NCBI RefSeq assembly: GCF_046119375.1
Contig: NW_027362767.1
Span: forward strand, 378,758,001-378,822,000
DNA: 64,000 nt
DNA from: Phyllobates terribilis
Lineage: Eukaryota
Direction of reading: 5' to 3'
Part shown: piece by piece, positions 61,562 through 64,000 of the stretch
Numbering within the stretch: position 1 is the stretch's first letter
How the letters are laid out: every line of letters begins with the position of its first letter
Program-made: the position numbers and the translations under genes
The notes under the pieces: generated by a model
What the model was told of the DNA's origin: nothing
The model's database searches: none
Seen by the model: only the letters and a program-made list of their open reading frames with translations

Positions 61562-62777
61562 TCATAGCTTACATCTTGTTTCCCAGGTTACCAGCTACTG
61601 CTGATGTTGGCAGTTGTCCAGTGGTAATTAGTCTCCTAGGCAAGGAGCCAGCGCTTACAATATTTTTCGAATAGAACTTTTAAGCGCTGCTCTGAAGCTG
61701 ACCGGATCTCTGGATCCATCCAACTTCAGTGCCCTTGTGTTCCTCTGATGCAGCACCGGAGACTTCTGTGTTCAGGCCAGCGGTTCAGCTATTCTGCTGG
61801 TCCAGACACTGAGGTCGATCAGGCATACACAGCTGCCTGACAAACTGGAAGCCCGGAGGAAGGGGAGCCGCTCCCTCCTGAAGATCGAAGTTGAGCCTAA
61901 TAAGGACAAATACTTATTAATGGTCCGGCGTTGCTGCTTAGATTAAAAAAAATAATAATAATTGTACTTCTCTCCCAGAGCCACATTCCTTGCATAATGT
62001 CTTGTGACTGCTGCAGACAATCAACGGCTGCTGATTGGCTGCATCTTTTACATTTAAACTGTCAACTATACTTTTTTTTTTTTTTTATATATATACTTAT
62101 TTTTGGTTGCTGCTGTAGCCAATAAATTAAGAAGTTTTAAGATATCACCAGCTGCATCCAAATGTCATGTGGGTGGAGCTTCTATCCTGAAGAATCACAA
62201 TGGCCGATCCCTTTTCATGCAACTCCTGGCTTGATCGACATTCAGTATGCCAGGATATGTGATGGTGGCATCCAACACATAGTGCGCGGATGAGGCCAGG
62301 GCCGTACAGCTTCCACCATTGCCCACGTGCCACACCTAGCTGCTATGATGTATTCTGGCCTGTGGGAGGTCAGGAAGTGATTTTAGGAGATCAACCAATA
62401 TGACTTTTCAGGAGAGAAGCCATCTCCTTGTTATGACCTGTTCCCTTTTAACAATAGAAACTTTTACAATGTCCAGTTGGAAAGTTTTTATAAAGTTTGT
62501 ACAGAGTCTGCAAAGTGTTATAACTACTGGCAGCTTTACAAGGGGAACGTTCACACGCTGTGGAATTGGTGCAGATTCTTGATTTTTTTTTTTTTTTTTT
62601 CAGCAAGAATTTCCTCCAATGCTGAAATGAATGGAGTGTTTTTTTCTTATTCTATTCTTGTGTATTATATAGTATTTACTAACATGTCTTATATTCCTCA
62701 TTTTACTCTATGGGGAAAGATACATTTATTCTTGCCCATTTTGGTAACATTGTGCTGACTTGTTTGTGTTCACATTA

Positions 62778-64000
62778 CACTGTGTGCAGAATTATTAGGC
62801 AAGTTGTATTTTAGGATTATTTTTATTATTGATCAACAACTATGTTCTCAATCAACCCAAAAGACTCATAAATATCCAAGCTTAATATTTTTGGAAGTTG
62901 GAGTTTTTTTTTTTTAGATTTGGCTATTTTAGGAGGATATCTGTTTGTGCAGGTAACTATTACTGTGCAGAATTATTAGGCAACTTAATGAAAACCAAAT
63001 ATAATCCCATCTCACTTGTTTATTTTCACCAGGTAAACCAATATCAGTGCACAAAATTTAGAAATAAACATTTCTGACATGAAAACCAAAAACCCCCAAA
63101 AATTAGTGATCAATATAGCCACCTTTCTTTATGATGACACTCAACAGCCTCCATCCATAGATTGTCAGTTGCTTGATCTGTTTTCGATCAACATTGCGTG
63201 CAGCAGTCACCACAGCCTCCCAGACACTGTTCCGAGAGGTGTACTGTTTTCCCTCCCTGTAGATCTCACATTTTATGATGGACCACAGGTTCTCTATGGG
63301 GTTCAGATCACGTGAACAAGGGGGCCATGTCATTATTTTTTCTTCTTTTAGACCTTTACTGGCCAGCCACGCTGTGGAGTAGTTGGATGCATGTGATGGA
63401 GCATTGTCCTGCATGAAAATCATGTTTTTCTTGAACGATACAGACTTCTTCCTGTACGACTGCTTGAAGAAGTTGTCTTCCAGGAACTGGCAGTAGGTCT
63501 GGGAGTTGAGCTTCACTCCATCCTCAACCCGAAAAGGTCCCACAAGTTCATCTTTGATGATACCAGCCCATACCAGTACCCCACCTCCACCTTGCTGGCG
63601 TCTGAGTCGGAGTGGAGCTCTCTGCCCTTTATTGATCCAGCCTCTGGCCCATCCATCTGGCCCATCAAGAGTCACGCTCATTTCATCAGTCCATAAAACC
63701 TTTGAAAAATCAGTCTTAAGATATTTCTTGGCCCATTCTTGACGTTTTATCTTATGTTTCTTGTTCAAAGGTGGTCGTTTTTCAGCCTTCCTTACCTTGG
63801 CCATGTCCCTGAGTATCGCACACCTTGTGCTTTTTGATACTCCAGTAACGTTGCAGCTCTGAAATATGGCAAAACTGGTGTCGAATGGCATCTTGGCAGC
63901 TTCACGCTTGATTTTCCTCAATTCATGGGCAGTTATTTTGCGCCTTTTTTGGCCAACACGCTTCTTGCGACGCTGTTGGCTATTTGCCATGAAACGCTTG
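62778..64000 (-). mobile_element. Second DD37E (TRT) copy, truncated by the window end
   Basis: TA|cactgtgtgcagaattattaggcaag; nearly identical to 18134 onward. Confidence 0.94.
63103..64000 (-). CDS. DD37E transposase, 5'-partial, open frame with compensating C-terminal indels
   Basis: Same motifs as 18457-19470; the C-terminus LTIYGWRLL arises from -2 and -1 deletions relative to [10 protein letters not shown]. Confidence 0.8.
   Translation of the reverse strand, partial: KRFMANSQQRRKKRVGQKRRKITAHELRKIKREAAKMPFDTSFAIFQSCNVTGVSKSTRCAILRDMAKVRKAEKRPPLNKKHKIKRQEWAKKYLKTDFSKVLWTDEMSVTLDGPDGWARGWINKGQRAPLRLRRQQGGGGVLVWAGIIKDELVGPFRVEDGVKLNSQTYCQFLEDNFFKQSYRKKSVSFKKNMIFMQDNAPSHASNYSTAWLASKGLKEEKIMTWPPCSRDLNPIENLWSIIKCEIYREGKQYTSRNSVWEAVVTAARNVDRKQIKQLTIYGWRLLSVIIKKGGYIDH

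Noticed and set aside
62290-62758. Coding-looking stretch (PSPCYDLFPF...YNYWQLYKG)
   Set aside because: Joining it would need a 43-nt intron, it runs into poly-T, and I recognise no homologue.
1-64000. CRISPR arrays, rRNA or prokaryotic systems
   Set aside because: Eukaryotic intron-containing locus; the tandem repeats lack unique spacers and no cas or rRNA sequence was seen.

Overview
Vertebrate genomic DNA, most likely an anuran (frog): it has spliced genes plus Kolobok/T2, Harbinger and hAT MITEs, a V-SINE and many Tc1 elements. Three host genes were reconstructed by hand. (1) An NKPD1-like KAP-family P-loop protein on +, CDS join 17469..17481, 21322..21453, 23621..25392, 32477..32791 (743 aa), ending in a KIDINS220-type SAM-like domain. 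(2) BLOC1S3 on -, 40072..40626. (3) A TRAPPC6 subunit on +, six exons 49379..56451 (158 aa), head-to-head with BLOC1S3 across an ETS-motif-rich bidirectional promoter. A further unassigned promoter and first exon lies near 59 kb. About 20 kb is ten Tc1/mariner copies from eight families (DD34E, DD37E/TRT, DD38E/Intruder) plus a long-TIR Sola2-type element; three of these are nested inside BLOC1S3 intron 1. The best leads are: the Sola2 transposase N-terminus aligns without gaps to the N-terminal Cys/His domain of vertebrate ARL14EP as I recall it (possible transposase capture into a SETDB1 cofactor); the SAM-bearing, pseudo-NTPase NKPD1-like gene; hammerhead-ribozyme retrozyme-like repeats; and a 28-bp inversion that flips a transposase start codon. 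All homology calls are from memory and alignment by eye; no searches were run.
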